Source of the DNA: Octopus vulgaris
Lineage: Eukaryota
Reading direction: 5' to 3'
Assembly: GCA_951406725.2 (NCBI GenBank)
Contig: OX597824.1
Span: 41,106,001 to 41,170,000 of the forward strand
DNA length: 64,000 bases
Below the pieces are notes generated by a model. The model saw nothing but the letters and a program-made list of their open reading frames with translations, made no database searches and was not told the origin of the DNA. Both the position numbers and the translations under genes were made by a program. Below, piece after piece: positions 25,389-37,875 of the stretch (its first letter is position 1; each line of letters opens with the position of its first letter).

Positions 25389-25528
25389 CGCCATGACTCT
25401 TCCATGAAGAGTGAGCAGAGAAAATGGATGGATGAATAGTTGTTAAAGTGGAATATCAGTAGCATTGATATCATTTGTGTTAGAGGACCTTTGAAGGCCA
25501 TGAGAACAGCTCCTTTCTCCAGACAAAA
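25389..25528 (-). CDS. Candidate internal or first coding exon of a minus-strand gene
   Basis: Acceptor TTTTTTTTCTTTGATAG and donor CG|GTAAGT. The only open frame is FCLEKGAVLMAFKGPLTQMISMLLIFHFNNYSSIHFLCSLFMEESW(R). Confidence 0.4.
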
Positions 25529-26354
25529 CTATCAAAGAAAAAAAAAATGATACTAGAATGAAGTAAAATATGTTTTCCTCTTTAAGTAAAAACAATTAAA
25601 ATCGGAAAAGGGTAATAACTGATTCTCATTTAAAAAAAAATTCAAATAAAATGAAACGTACACAGAAAAATCTGGTGCTATACATGCAGACACAGTCATA
25701 CTGATATTAAAGAAAGTGCTAAATGCTTGTAGTATGCAAATTAGGAGCTTCAGTCCTCTGGAGCTGCTGGGTTTGTTGTGTGTATAAACAATGGCTACTT
25801 GTTTCTCGGAGATTGGTCAACTGATGTATACACCTCTGATAAGCACCCGATAATGTTTGAAAATCAATTAAGGACGTTGATTTTTTTTTTTCAATCTACA
25901 GAGAAATAATTGAAGTTGCCTTGTTTGTATGTCTTCTATGTAGGTTTACACACACATATTATGTATATATATATGTATAAGTATTGGCAATAAGTAAATT
26001 TCATCTCCAAAGATTTATCCTCAAGTAATGGTAAAAAAAAAATGTTTACAAATTATTTGTGTGTATGGTGGGGTTGATGTTAATGGACTGTGTTTTTGTC
26101 ACTTTTATAGAAAATATTCTTTCTTGTAGAAGTTCTTTATCTCTATGCATACAAACATTCAAACATATGTGCATGCTTATACACATGCACATGGTCACTA
26201 AAATTTAATCACCATTTAGCATTGAAATAAGAAACTCGCAGTAAAAATGGAATTAATTCTCTGTTTAATGTAAAGGAATATACTCTACTACATGTAGTGA
26301 GTACCTTTTTTGTGTATCTTGTTTGTGAATCCACACACATATACATACACACCC

Positions 26355-27050
26355 AGACACACATATTCTTTTAGTGGTTTCAATCATTGCACTGGTTATG
26401 TTGGGGCTGTGCCTTTAAAAGCTTTTTTGTCAATCATATTGACTATAGTACTAATTTTATTGATCTCTATTTATCAAACCACTGAGTTACACTACAGAAA
26501 GTGACATAACCCAAGCACAGAGAAAGTCACACACACACGCACACAGAAAGATGCATACATACACACACACAAACACACAGAAAGATGCGTACATACTCAC
26601 GTGCACACACAGAGAAAGATGCATACATACACACTCACACAGAAAGATGCATACATGCTCACACACATACATATACACAAAGATGCACACATTCACATAC
26701 ATGCATACACACACAAGTTGTGTACACATACTCTCACAACCATACACACACAAAGATACATACGCACACAATACTAACTTACATACAAAGATGCATACAC
26801 TTACCCCCACACACAAGATGCACACATACATACACATATAGCCCACACAAGCAAACAAAGATGCATACACTTTACACACACAAACACACACACAATGGGC
26901 TTCTGCACAGTTTCTGCTTACCAGTTTCCATTCACAAGACATTGGTCAATACAAGACTCCAGTGCAGAACATTTACCCCACAAGGTGCTGTACAGTGAAA
27001 TTGAACTCAGGACCCTGTAGTTGTGAAGCAAATTTCTTAACCACATAGCT
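26355..27050 (-). mobile_element. Old SINE family A whose internal (CA)n has expanded into an AAGATGCATAC(AC)n tandem array (26520-26890)
   Basis: SINE A 3' and 5' remnants flank about 10 units containing AAGATGC/AAGATAC. Confidence 0.65.
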
Positions 27051-27770
27051 ATAACTTTCCAGCAATACTTCAAGAAAGATCTTGTGATGGAAAATGGTAG
27101 AAATATTGCCTAGAACAATAAAGATGCAGTAGTTAGTTATTTTTCTTTGTTTTTCCAAATATCCTTTTGCAAGCTTGACTTTGCCTGCTGTTCTTCCAGA
27201 TAGTTCTCCTTTTCATAAGAAGTCAATAAAATATATATAAATAATACCAGTTACCTACTGGGGGAGGACAGGTCAATTAAATCAACTACACAAACTATAA
27301 TCCTTCCTCTGTCTATGTACAAAAACAAAATTGTTATAGATTGCTATTTTGTTCTATTTTATTTTCTATTTTCGTTGAATATATTTTACGGGTCACTGAC
27401 TTTCACAGCGAATATATGATACAAATTTACTCTGCTATATACCTAAATTCTATATTTTCTTTGTTTAAAAAAAAAATTATTAAAAAAATATGCTACAAAA
27501 AAGCCATAGATTTCACGTATGGCTTCAAGATTCCAGATAGTTTTGTTGTTTTTTTTTCCTAGTTTGTTTACTTTTTTTTTGTTTTATATGTCTTATTTAA
27601 ATATATTTTAAAAAATCATGTTTGTTTATTGTTGTTCTGTTGATACTATGACTGTTGATGTTTGTTGCTGCTGTTGTTGTTACCACTGCTGCTACAAGTT
27701 CTGCTGCTGCTACCACAGTTTTTTAAATTACTATTAATTAGAATGTTGGGGGGGAAAATGTTTTGTTCTC

Positions 27771-28157
27771 ACTCTTTTATTCTTTTACTTGTTTCAGTCA
27801 TTTGACTGTGGCCATGCTGGAGCACTGCCTTTAGTCTAGCAAATCGACCCCAGGACTTATTCTTTGTAAGCCTAGTACTTAGTCTACCGGTCTCTTTTTT
27901 TGCTGAGCTGCTAAGTTACAGGGATGTAAACACACCAGCATCGGTTGTCAAGCGATGTTGGGGGGACAAACACTCACACACACATATATATACGACGGGC
28001 TTCTTTCAGTTTCCGTTTACAAAATCCACTCACAAGGCTTTGGTCGGCCCGAGGCTATAATAGAAGACACTTGCCCAAGGTGCCACGCAGTGGGACTGAA
28101 CCCGGAACCATGTGGTTCATAAGCAAGCTACTTACCACACAGCCACTTCTACACCTA
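27771..28157 (-). mobile_element. SINE family A, full length
   Basis: High identity to 46912-47311. Confidence 0.9.
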
Positions 28158-28289
28158 TACTTACCACACAGTCACTCATACACCTTATGTTCTGAGTTCA
28201 AATCCCACTGAGGTTGGCTTTGCTTTTTGTCCCTTAGAAGCCATCTTAGTATAGAAGCCATCTTAACATGGTTAACCACATAGGGTTTA

Positions 28290-28540
28290 TGGAAGACCAG
28301 TAGTCGCACATGCATACCGGCCTCCCCTCTCCACGCCACCTGTGTTATCCAAGGGAAAGGCAAAGGCCGATACAGCTTGGCACCTGTGACGTTGCAACTC
28401 ATTTCTACAGCTGAGTGAACTGGAGCAACGTGAAATAAAGTGTCTTGCCCAAGAAAACAACACGCAGCCTGGTCCGGGATTCGAAATCACAACCTCACGA
28501 TCGTAAGCTCGACGCTCTAACCACTGAGCCATGCGCCTTC
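28290..28540 (-). mobile_element. SINE family C, young, alternative 3' tail
   Basis: Head GGCGCATGGCTCAGTGGTTAGAGCG...TTCGAATCCC. Tail matches 61625-61955. Confidence 0.85.
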
Positions 28541-29123
28541 ATATATATATATAATATTCACAAAGAATATGGAGACTGGTTACATCTTTGAATTTTCCTT
28601 TTAATTTTAGCAGTTAATTACACAGCATAGTTAGCTAGAATGACTGACACGTGTTTCTGCTGCATAAAGAATGTGCAGTTGCACATGCAGTCTGCAATAT
28701 TCAGTGAAGCAAACCCAGATTCACCCACTGGAACAATTACAATGAGATTGCTCACCCTAAGCAATCCTTGCAGCCCCTTACTACTTGATGTGGTTAGCAG
28801 GAACCTTAGACTATACCAGAGATCTTTTATGGTGCTCGCCTGGATAATTTATTCCTATATACTCATTGTATTGCATGTGTATATAAAGGAATATAGAACA
28901 AAAGAAAACAGTCTACTTTGCCCCCTCCCCTCTACTTTCATTAATGATGATTTCTCTCCCAGTCACCATGCAACCATCACCTCTACAACCACTACCGCTG
29001 CTGTGACAGGCAGTAGTAAGCAACATACTTAGTGACACTATCAACAAAAACGCTACCACTTGATGAACAAAATGGCCACCTGCTACATCACCTTATCACA
29101 CCATCATCATTATTACTATCACT

Positions 29124-29538
29124 TAAGGCGGCGAGCTGGCAGAATCGTTTGCACGTCGGGCGAAATGGTTAGCGGTATTTCGTCTGCCGCTACGTTCTGA
29201 GTTCAAATTCCCCCGAGGTCGACTTTGCCTTTCATCCTTTCGGGGTCGATAAATTGAGTACCAGTTATGCACTGGGTCGATATAATCGACTTAATCCGTT
29301 TGTCTGTTCTTGTTTGTCTTCTCTATGTTTAGCCCCTTGTGGGTAATAAAGAAATAGGTATTCCGTCTGCCGCTACGTTCTGAGTTCAAATTCCGCCGAG
29401 GCTAACTTTGCCTTTCATCCTTTCGGGGTCGATTAAATAAGTACCAGTTACGCACTGGGGTCGATGTAATCGACTTAATCCATTTGTCTGTCTTTGTTTG
29501 TCCCCTCTATGCTTAGCCCTTTGTGGGCAATAAAGAAT
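29124..29538 (+). mobile_element. SINE family B, partial-dimer copy
   Basis: Same internal restart, GAAATAGGTATT(T/C)CGTCTGCCG, as 10901-11320. Confidence 0.9.
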
Positions 29539-29879
29539 TAAAAATTGTTACTATCACTTCTACTGCAACTGCTGGCACCATCAACTACAGCAGTGGTAAC
29601 AATAACTGATGCCATTGACAAATACAGTGGCATCAGTAAAGTAAAACCGCACCAACTGGCTCTTTCACATGAGCAGTGCAAGAAGAAATAACAAAGAATT
29701 GTTGAGAAAGTCAGAGAACTTATTGAGAAGAAAGGCAAGCAAGTCTCCGTACCCAGGCCACGTGAATTATATAAGGAGGATGTTAAGAGATGAGATGCAT
29801 GATGATAAACAGGTGCACGAGTCGATGAATAGAAGGACTGATGCACGTCCAGGTGGAGAAGTCCTTGGGACAATGGAGG

Positions 29880-30260
29880 CCAGATTTGTTTCTGAGCACA
29901 AAGGAGGAACCACTATTTCCATAGTTAAGTTTGAGGATTTCCTCAATAGTTAAGATTGAATTTCTTCATAGTTAAGATTGAGGATTTCCTCATCATAATA
30001 TCACATATAGGTCAGAGAGAGGTGAAGTTGAAGCTAGAAGATGTGCCTCCAGGAATAAGTATATGGTGATTGGTGGTAATTGTTTTGAGTAGTGAGAAGA
30101 ATGAAACAGGAGTCTTGTATTTACTCAGATTATCCCTTGAAAAAAGTGATTTGGATTAAATGTGAAGCTCCTGATCCAAACAAAACAGGAAAAATTAGAA
30201 AGTATCCTTGTCACGATTGAACAGTCAAAGGGTATGTAGATGGGAAGAAGGTCCAAGTAC
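29880..30260 (+). pseudogene. Decayed LINE ORF1-like remnant
   Basis: HIGQREVKLKLEDVPPGI resembles the ORF1-like peptide at 24477-24836. Confidence 0.35.
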
Positions 30261-30456
30261 CAAGTAGTGGCATCTACACTACCGCGACACCATCATGGCG
30301 GTGATGGCCACCACCAAACTCACAAACAATAAGAAAACGCACAATCAGCAAAAGCACCAAAGAAGCCACAAAAACAATAACAATAGCAGCACCAGCAGTC
30401 ACACATTCAAGAAAGCTCTTTTCAACTTGACTTCTCTCTCTCTCTCTTTCTCTGAA

Positions 30457-30487
<31 letters not shown>

Positions 30488-31610
30488 TACATACAAACAT
30501 ATATGTACGTACCTACATCTACATGTATATATACATGCATATATAAATAATTATACGTGAGTACAGGACACCACAATAAGACGTAGAAACGGGAAAATAA
30601 AAAAAAACAAAAAAAACAAGAAAACGAAAAAAACAGTTACAGGACGTGCTACACAAGGAAAAAACCCCGCCATCAGCTGTCGCTAGTAGAGTCAAGCATG
30701 TTTCGAAGGCAGAGACACAACACTAATCCACTAGGCCTTCCTGCGAGAGAATTAAAATAAAATTCCAAGCAGCGGGGCAAAATGAGTACGAACACGAACA
30801 GGACGTAACAATAAAACTGCAAAAATAAAAATACATGTACAAAAAATACAAATAAATACAAAACGAGAAAATAAAAAGAGAATACGATACAGGAAATCAA
30901 ACATACAAGAGCACGAACGAAAACCTTTTTTTCTGGCAAGGACGAAGGATACTGTAGCAGCGCGTGGGAGGCAGTCTTTTCAGTAGTAAGAGCAACGTGT
31001 AAAAGAAAATTTTATAATATATATATATAAAGGATGCTACCTTTAATTTTATTGTCGCAAATATAAACAGCAGGGGTTTGATGAATGTTAGAAGGAAACG
31101 CACAAGAAATACAAAGGAGAGTGGACTTTGGGAAGCTCATTCCCCAAACAGCAGCTTTAAAATTTCTTTTGAAAATATACAGAAGCCTACTGTGATTTAA
31201 AAAGAAAATTCCTTGATAATGTGCGAATTTTTTGGGGTAGGGCACAAAAGCCTTTTGGAAACTTTCAAAAAATCCGTTCTTGCTTAAAAGTCAAGATTAC
31301 TCATCTTTTGCATGACGAAGTTAAGTAATCTTTCTCCGTTTTGTCCAGTGAAAATGGCCGTACTAAGAATAGGCTATATAATTCACGTGGCCTGGGGCTA
31401 GCTTGAAAGCAAAATTAGTTGATCAAGAACCTCAGGTCTCTGGATATAGATGTAGTAACCATCAACTAGATCAGAATTTCCTGGATGCATACACTTGTAT
31501 TTGTCTTTCATAACGACAAGGTATATGAGCCTGTTGTTCAGTATGATTTGGGGAGGGTAGCAGTGTTTTAGAGAGGTTTTGTTGCGCTCTTGAGTGCACC
31601 ATTCCTACTT

Positions 31611-31637
<27 letters not shown>

Positions 31638-31641
<4 letters not shown>

Positions 31642-32306
31642 ATCAAAATAAGCAACAAGAATGTCTTCGGTAATTTGGTACGATCGTTTCACGCTACATC
31701 ATTTTATTAAACATTAATAAAATGATGTAGCGTGAAACGATCGTTCCAAATTACCGAATACATTCTTGTAGCGTTTCACGCTACATCATTTTATTAAACA
31801 TTAATAAAATGATGTAGCGTGAAACGATCGTACCAAATTACCGAATACATTTTTGTAGCGTTTCACGCTACATCATTTTATTAAACATTAATAAAATGAT
31901 GTAGCGTGAAACGATCTACCAAATTACCGAATACATTTTTGTAGCGTTTCACGCTACATCATTTTATTAAACATTAATAAAATGATGTAGCGTGAAACGA
32001 TCTACCAAATTACCGAATACATTTTTGTAGCGTTTCACGCTACATCATTTTATTAAACATTAATAAAATGATGTAGCGTGAAACGATCGTACCAAATTAC
32101 CGAATACATTTTTGTAGCGTTTCACGCTACATCATTTTATTAAACATTAATAAAATGATGTAGCGTGAAACGATCGTACCAAATTACCGAATACATTCTT
32201 GTAGCGTTTCACGCTACATTATTTTATTAAACATTAATAAAATGATGTAGCGTGAAACGATCGTACCAAATTACCGAATACATTTTTGTTGCTTATTTTG
32301 ATTATA
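31638..32306. repeat. Array of 7 palindromic 86-87-bp units enclosed by about 48-bp terminal inverted repeats
   Basis: The hairpin GTTTCACGCTACATCATTTTATTAA-ACA-TTAATAAAATGATGTAGCGTGAAAC starts at 31686, 31773, 31860, 31946, 32032, 32119 and 32206. Ends TATAATCAAAATAAGCAACAA / TTGTTGCTTATTTTGATTATA. Confidence 0.95.
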
Positions 32307-32398
32307 ATCACCCCATGGATTTATATGGATAACACCATACAAAATTTTGGTGCATCTAACTTAAGTACCATATTCATTTGAATCTAAATTTTGCTGAA

Positions 32399-32452
<54 letters not shown>

Positions 32453-33300
32453 GTTGCACTTCATTTCTCCTTGCTACTATCACTCTCCCCTGACTTCTTG
32501 CTACGCTTATTTTCCTATAACAATTTTATCCTTTATTAACTACTCGCTAGAGATAAAGTATTATTATCTATTCTCTAGAACTCGTATTCGTCAATTATTC
32601 GTTTGTTATCTCCTTCCGAGCTATCTAGCTATTTACTGGTTCTGCTTAATGTAGTAATATTTTTTATTAATATTTAATCACTTTTTAAAATACTATTTTA
32701 TATCATATTATATTATTGTGTTATGATATTTTGACTTGTTCTGTTCTATTTATTGCTAAGTTAATCAGCTCCCTTAATTGTACTTCTTTATTTGTATCCT
32801 ATTTTTCTATTATTCATGGACCTCTTCTTTTGAATACCCATCCCACTTAACCCTTTTGTGGATGCCGTTGCTTTTTTCTACTGGTCTAATTTAAATACCG
32901 TCCTCTTTACTCGGACAGCTGTCTACATTATATATACGTCGTCTCGCCTAAGTTGGTATGCCTGACGTCACAATCGATTTATCTAGTAGGATACAATATT
33001 GCATGTCCTTTTGAACAATTTACTCTGTGCCTTTCTATAGGCTTGTCGAAATGATTAATTTTTCCCTACGACATTTTGAGCCACTCCCAATTATTGTATT
33101 TATTGGGGCATTCGCCCTTATGCAAGCGTACTGCATCGTTTTCAAGGTCATGCTATAATGATAGAATCGGGTTTAATTTAATATCGCTTGCAATTACATA
33201 ATCATTGTTTATATTGATTATAGCATTTTAAATTATTTATCTAACCCATCAGTTATGGAAACTATTGTAACCGAATAATAGATATGATCCCACTATATTC

Positions 33301-33353
<53 letters not shown>

Positions 33354-33599
33354 CGCGCTGAAAATAAGTCAAGGTACGTGCTTTAACCTTTCAATTCGGC
33401 CCAGTGATGTTATGGATACTAAACAACTCGTGAGTAGACAGCTAAATGAATTTGGAGAGGTACAAGAAGTGGGGTCGGGTTGTGTGGATGTATGTCTACG
33501 ATTGTCGCGTGTGATCTGGTGGGAGGTGATGCTGTTCACGTGTGTACTGAGTGCTGTTGTTTCATTTATGTAAATGAACGTTTACGTTTGTGTATTTGT

Positions 33600-33856
33600 A
33601 TGCCGCGGATTCTCCAAATCCAATCTATTAGTGGCACAGTGATGGTTTTTGAGACATACCAAAAATTTTCCGTGTAAGATTCTTATGTGAATAGATGCAC
33701 ACGCTTGGGTATATAGATCAACAGTTTAACCAGCATGCAAGCTCAGCCATATATTTACAAACACCGGGAACTCTTTGAACTCAAAAACTGTTGTTGCTTT
33801 GTTAGCAACAGGCTTGAACTATCTCAAGAAGAATTTAAATTAAATTCGAAGAAAAA
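33600..33856 (+). mobile_element. R4/Dong-like element 3' end
   Basis: RILQIQSISGTVMVFETYQKF* followed by a UTR and (TACA)n. Homologous to 12020-12420. Confidence 0.55.
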
Positions 33857-34149
33857 TCATACATACATACATACGTACGTACGTACGTACGTACGTACGT
33901 ACATACATACATACATACATACATACATACATACATACATACATACATGCATGCATACAGAGACAGATAGATAGACAGAATGAGTAGACCTATAGCATGT
34001 TTGAATGTTATTTACAATCTGTACACAATGGACTTCTATACATTCCTCCAGGATTATAGCGAAACTCACAATGCTGCGACGGATGAGCAGACAGGAGGAA
34101 AGAAAGAAGTCTAGGGCCGTTCCAAAAAATTCATCAAAAGCTGTCCTTA

Positions 34150-35230
34150 AAGAAACGGCACTGATTGTATGGCTATAATATAAAAAAGCGTTTGATTCTG
34201 TCTCTCACTCATGGATAAATGAATCACTATGTCTTACTAAGGTTCCAATTATTATAGCCAGTGACATTAAGAGATTGACAATATAGTTCACCGAGCTGTT
34301 GATAAGAACTAGAGCTTCTGTTATAATCACTGACTGAATTGGACTATCAACAGCAATATTCTTGGTTTAACAGCTAATCTGTAATGTTTTTCGTTCTGAC
34401 AGTGAACCCCTTGTCAGTCCTATTAAGGAAATGCAAAAGCTACACCATGGCATCTGGCGAGGAGAGAAAAATGGATATCAACCTCAGCTTTTGTGTTGAT
34501 GTCCTTCAATTGCCTGTGAGTAATATCCACGATGCTGAGGGATAGTTACTGATGATCACAATATATATATATAGGATATAGGAATGGATTTTGGCCAAGG
34601 TAATTATTCATATTTGGTAGTCAGAGAATATGCATACATATGGCATGTGTCTATCTCTTCCTATTACTAATAATGATACCTCAGAATCGATGAGAATATT
34701 AAATATGTTGGTATTTCGTCCGGTCTTTACGTTCTGAGTTCAAATTCCGCCGCGGTCGACTTTGTCTTTCATCCTTTCGGGGTCGATAAAATAAGTACCA
34801 GTTGATCACTGGGATTGATGTAATCAACTTACTCCATCACCCAAGATTGCTGGCCTTGTGCCAAAATTTGAAGCCAATATTAAATATGTTGGTGTTGTGA
34901 GTATAGCTAGAATAATAAGAGAATACTCATAAGAGTTTGTAAATTATGGTAAGTCAAAGCTGCCTGTATTCAATAAAATAATATATCACCACAAAATAAT
35001 ATCTCACTCTTTACCAGTTAGAGTATCAACATCTGAGATGACTAGACTGAACACTTGAAGAAATTCGCAGCTTTGACATCAGGATTAGCAAGAGACTAGC
35101 AACCGCTGATAACTTCCACATTAACAGTGACACTGACAAGATTTATGTTAAACGGAAGGATGGAGGAAGAAGCACAAGCTAAGGCCAGGCAGCATTTGAG
35201 TGTTGTATTGAGTTCATTAGGCAACATCAT
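34150..35230 (+). pseudogene. Decayed reverse-transcriptase region of an R4/Dong-like non-LTR element
   Basis: YKKAFDSVSHSWI, FFVLTVNPLS, DIGMDFG and NFHINSDTDKIYVKRKDGGR, broken by stops and frameshifts. Confidence 0.7.
34713..34875 (+). mobile_element. 5'-truncated SINE family B with 18-bp TSD
   Basis: TSD AATATTAAATATGTTGGT at 34695-34712 and 34876-34893. Confidence 0.9.
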
Positions 35231-35954
35231 TAAACAGTAGAGAGGGAGAGAGAGACAGAGGAAGGGAGAGAGAGAAAGAGCGAGAGGTATGAGTACTTTA
35301 CATACATATTTAAAAGTGAAGGCAATAACAATAAGATTTAGACAGAGAACTCCAGAACAAATGTTCTGAGTTCACACACGCATATGTAATATATATATTA
35401 CATATGTCTAAATATTATTGTTATTGCCTCCACTTTTAAATATGTATGTAAAATCCTTGCAGAAAGGCCGCCCGGAGGACTTTGTTGTCTCATAACATCC
35501 AGAAAAATGGATGCTTCCTTTCTCTTTTATATGCTGTGGCGGAGAAAAACAGAAGATACACGACGCGCTGTTTGCTACTTCCTTTCTCTCATTGCTATTA
35601 ATTTCTCTCACTCCCTCTCAGTCAGGGCTATTACTCTCACTACTTTTCCTTCACTGAGTTACTATTTTCTCTCCTCTCCATTCACTTATACTGCTCTTTC
35701 TCACACACTTTCCTGCTTGATTTTGTACATATACAAATATATAAAAACACCACGCTCATTATTATATTAGGAAATATTATACATATATATATATATTATA
35801 TATATTATATATATATTATATATAGAGTCGGTTCATGGGTGCTATTTTCAGCATGGTGGTATCTCGTAGATACCCTAATTTATAATTTTAATAATTATTA
35901 CCTTTGAAGGTTATTTTTTCTATGCTGACCACTTGATAAGTTCGTTATTTTATT

Positions 35955-36233
35955 TTAAAATTCAAGCTTCACTGCTAGTTCTTCAACAGTTACGATGGGA
36001 TTTTGTTCCACCAGTGTTTGCAGGACATCCACGTCGAGCTCTACAGTTCTTCCAGGACGAGGCTCGTTTTCTAGGCTGTAGTTTTCAGCTCGGAATTTCT
36101 GGAACCACCATTCACACAGGCTTATGCTTTTTGTCCGATCCCCATATACTGCATCAATATTCCTCACACTTTCCGTTGCGTTGTGGCCTTTACTGAACTC
36201 ATAAAGCAAAATATGCTTCTTTGTCACTTCCAT
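35955..36233 (-). pseudogene. mariner transposase N-terminal (HTH) fragment
   Basis: MEVTKKHILLYEFSKGHNATESVRNIDAVYG..WWFQKFRAENYSLENEPRPGRT..LQTLVEQNP..VEELA is a Mos1/SETMAR-type N-terminus, truncated. Confidence 0.9.
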
Positions 36234-36506
36234 TATAGCTTCGAAAAAATAACTGTTAAAATCGAACTGCACTCTTCAAAACTTGCACTAAGAATAAGTA
36301 GAAGGGAAAATTACTACCTGCTTTTATAACAAGTGGATGCAGTTAGTTTTTCCCGTCCCCATCTGCAATTCTTCATGCAACTGAATATATATATATTTTT
36401 TATATATCGTTATATTTTTATCTTATATTTAATCTTTCTATTATATGTAATTTTCTAGATGGTGTAATTTAATTTTTCCTTTTGAATTGATAAAAGGTGG
36501 TTTTCC

Positions 36507-36571
<65 letters not shown>

Positions 36572-36629
36572 TTGATTTAGTATTTCTAAATTGAATTTTT
36601 CCCTGTAAGTTTGGAATAATATTCACCTC

Positions 36630-36686
<57 letters not shown>

Positions 36687-36830
36687 CTTAATTGAACCAT
36701 ATGGTTGTACAACCATATGGTTCATATGGTTGTACCTCCAACCGTGCTGTCTTCTGCTGTGATTTTTGCTACCAAGGTATCGGTTAAACTTTTGATTAAT
36801 CTGCAACAAGATTATTCATCTTTCTATTTC

Positions 36831-36898
<68 letters not shown>

Positions 36899-36901
<3 letters not shown>

Positions 36902-37247
36902 AGCAATATTGAACACACATAGGTATATGTTTTGTCAGCTCGTGGGCAGGCTGCAGCTATAGGCGTAAGAGAATATACTCTCGTCAATTCGCCTGGAGTT
37001 AAAACACCTGAAAGTCATAGTAAAGCGAGATAACAGCAGGTCACATTATAAGACCGACAGACAGACATTAATGTTTCGTCCGCTCCTGTAACGAGACCTG
37101 ACGCAAATGATCTCATTTGTCTATGACTTCCAGCTGTTTTAACACCAAGCAAAATGACGAGAATATATTCTCTTACGCCTAGAATCGCAGCCTACCCACG
37201 AACTGGCAAAACACACACCTTTTGTATGTGTGTTCGATATTGTTTAT
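36899..37247. mobile_element. Foldback/MITE, imperfect palindrome of about 350 bp
   Basis: For example TAGGCGTAAGAGAATATA / TATATTCTCTTACGCCTA and CAATATTGAACACACATA / TATGTGTGTTCGATATTG. Sits in (TA)n. Confidence 0.8.
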
Positions 37248-37316
37248 ATCCCTCGGGCTTTTCATTCATATTTGAATATATATATACATATATGTGTGTG
37301 TGTGTGTGTGTGTGTG

Positions 37317-37475
37317 TAATTTAGAGAAAAACCACTATTAAACAATTCAATAAAGAAAGATGTTATTTACATCATATAGAAAACATATACTATAAAAATA
37401 CCTTATTTTAAATTGTACTTTATTGATTTAAATAAGTTTTTTTTTGTGGTTTAAAAGTGGTTTTTCTCTAAATTA
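37317..37475. repeat. Inverted-repeat-bounded AT-rich element
   Basis: TAATTTAGAGAAAAACCACT ... AGTGGTTTTTCTCTAAATTA. Confidence 0.75.
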
Positions 37476-37624
37476 TATACATATATTTATATATTGTGAA
37501 ATTTGATTTAGAATTGTTAAATTGAATTTTTCTCTGTAAGTTTTGGAATTATATTTCCTCCTCCTCCTCCTACTACTACTACTATCATCATTATTATTAT
37601 GTGTGTGTGTGTGTGTGAGTGTGT

Positions 37625-37875
37625 GCTTGGATGCATGACTTTGTGGTGAAGGTGTTGCACCCACGATCTAGCAATCGTGGTTTCAATTCCTAAACTGGGT
37701 AGTGAGTTGTGTTCTTGTGCAAAGCACTTCTTCTCACTTTCTCTGCGATCACTTCGACACCTGACGCGTGGTACCTCGTGCACCTGTTCAGGCAACGCAG
37801 ACTTGATCACTATAAAAAAAATCATTTGTGCAAGTCGTTCCGCCAAAAAACTGAATAACCATATATCAACTTCAA
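37625..37875 (+). mobile_element. Diverged family C-related SINE
   Basis: Degenerate tRNA head followed by GTTGTGTTCTTGTGCAAAGCACTT. Confidence 0.5.

Noticed and set aside
28465-28540. Genuine tRNA gene (minus strand)
   Set aside because: It is the head of a multi-copy SINE (also at 673 and 61880) with a poor acceptor stem.
31720-31760. Functional hammerhead in each array unit
   Set aside because: The core reads ATGATGT rather than CTGATGA and there is no adjacent stem I. Only the GAAAC-GATC-GTA half is present.
31638-32306. CRISPR array (palindromic repeat with regular spacing)
   Set aside because: The inter-hairpin segments are identical rather than unique spacers, there are no cas genes, and the context is eukaryotic.
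35955-36272. Host SETMAR-like gene
   Set aside because: It is a truncated mariner N-terminus with no SET or catalytic domain, so a transposon relic.
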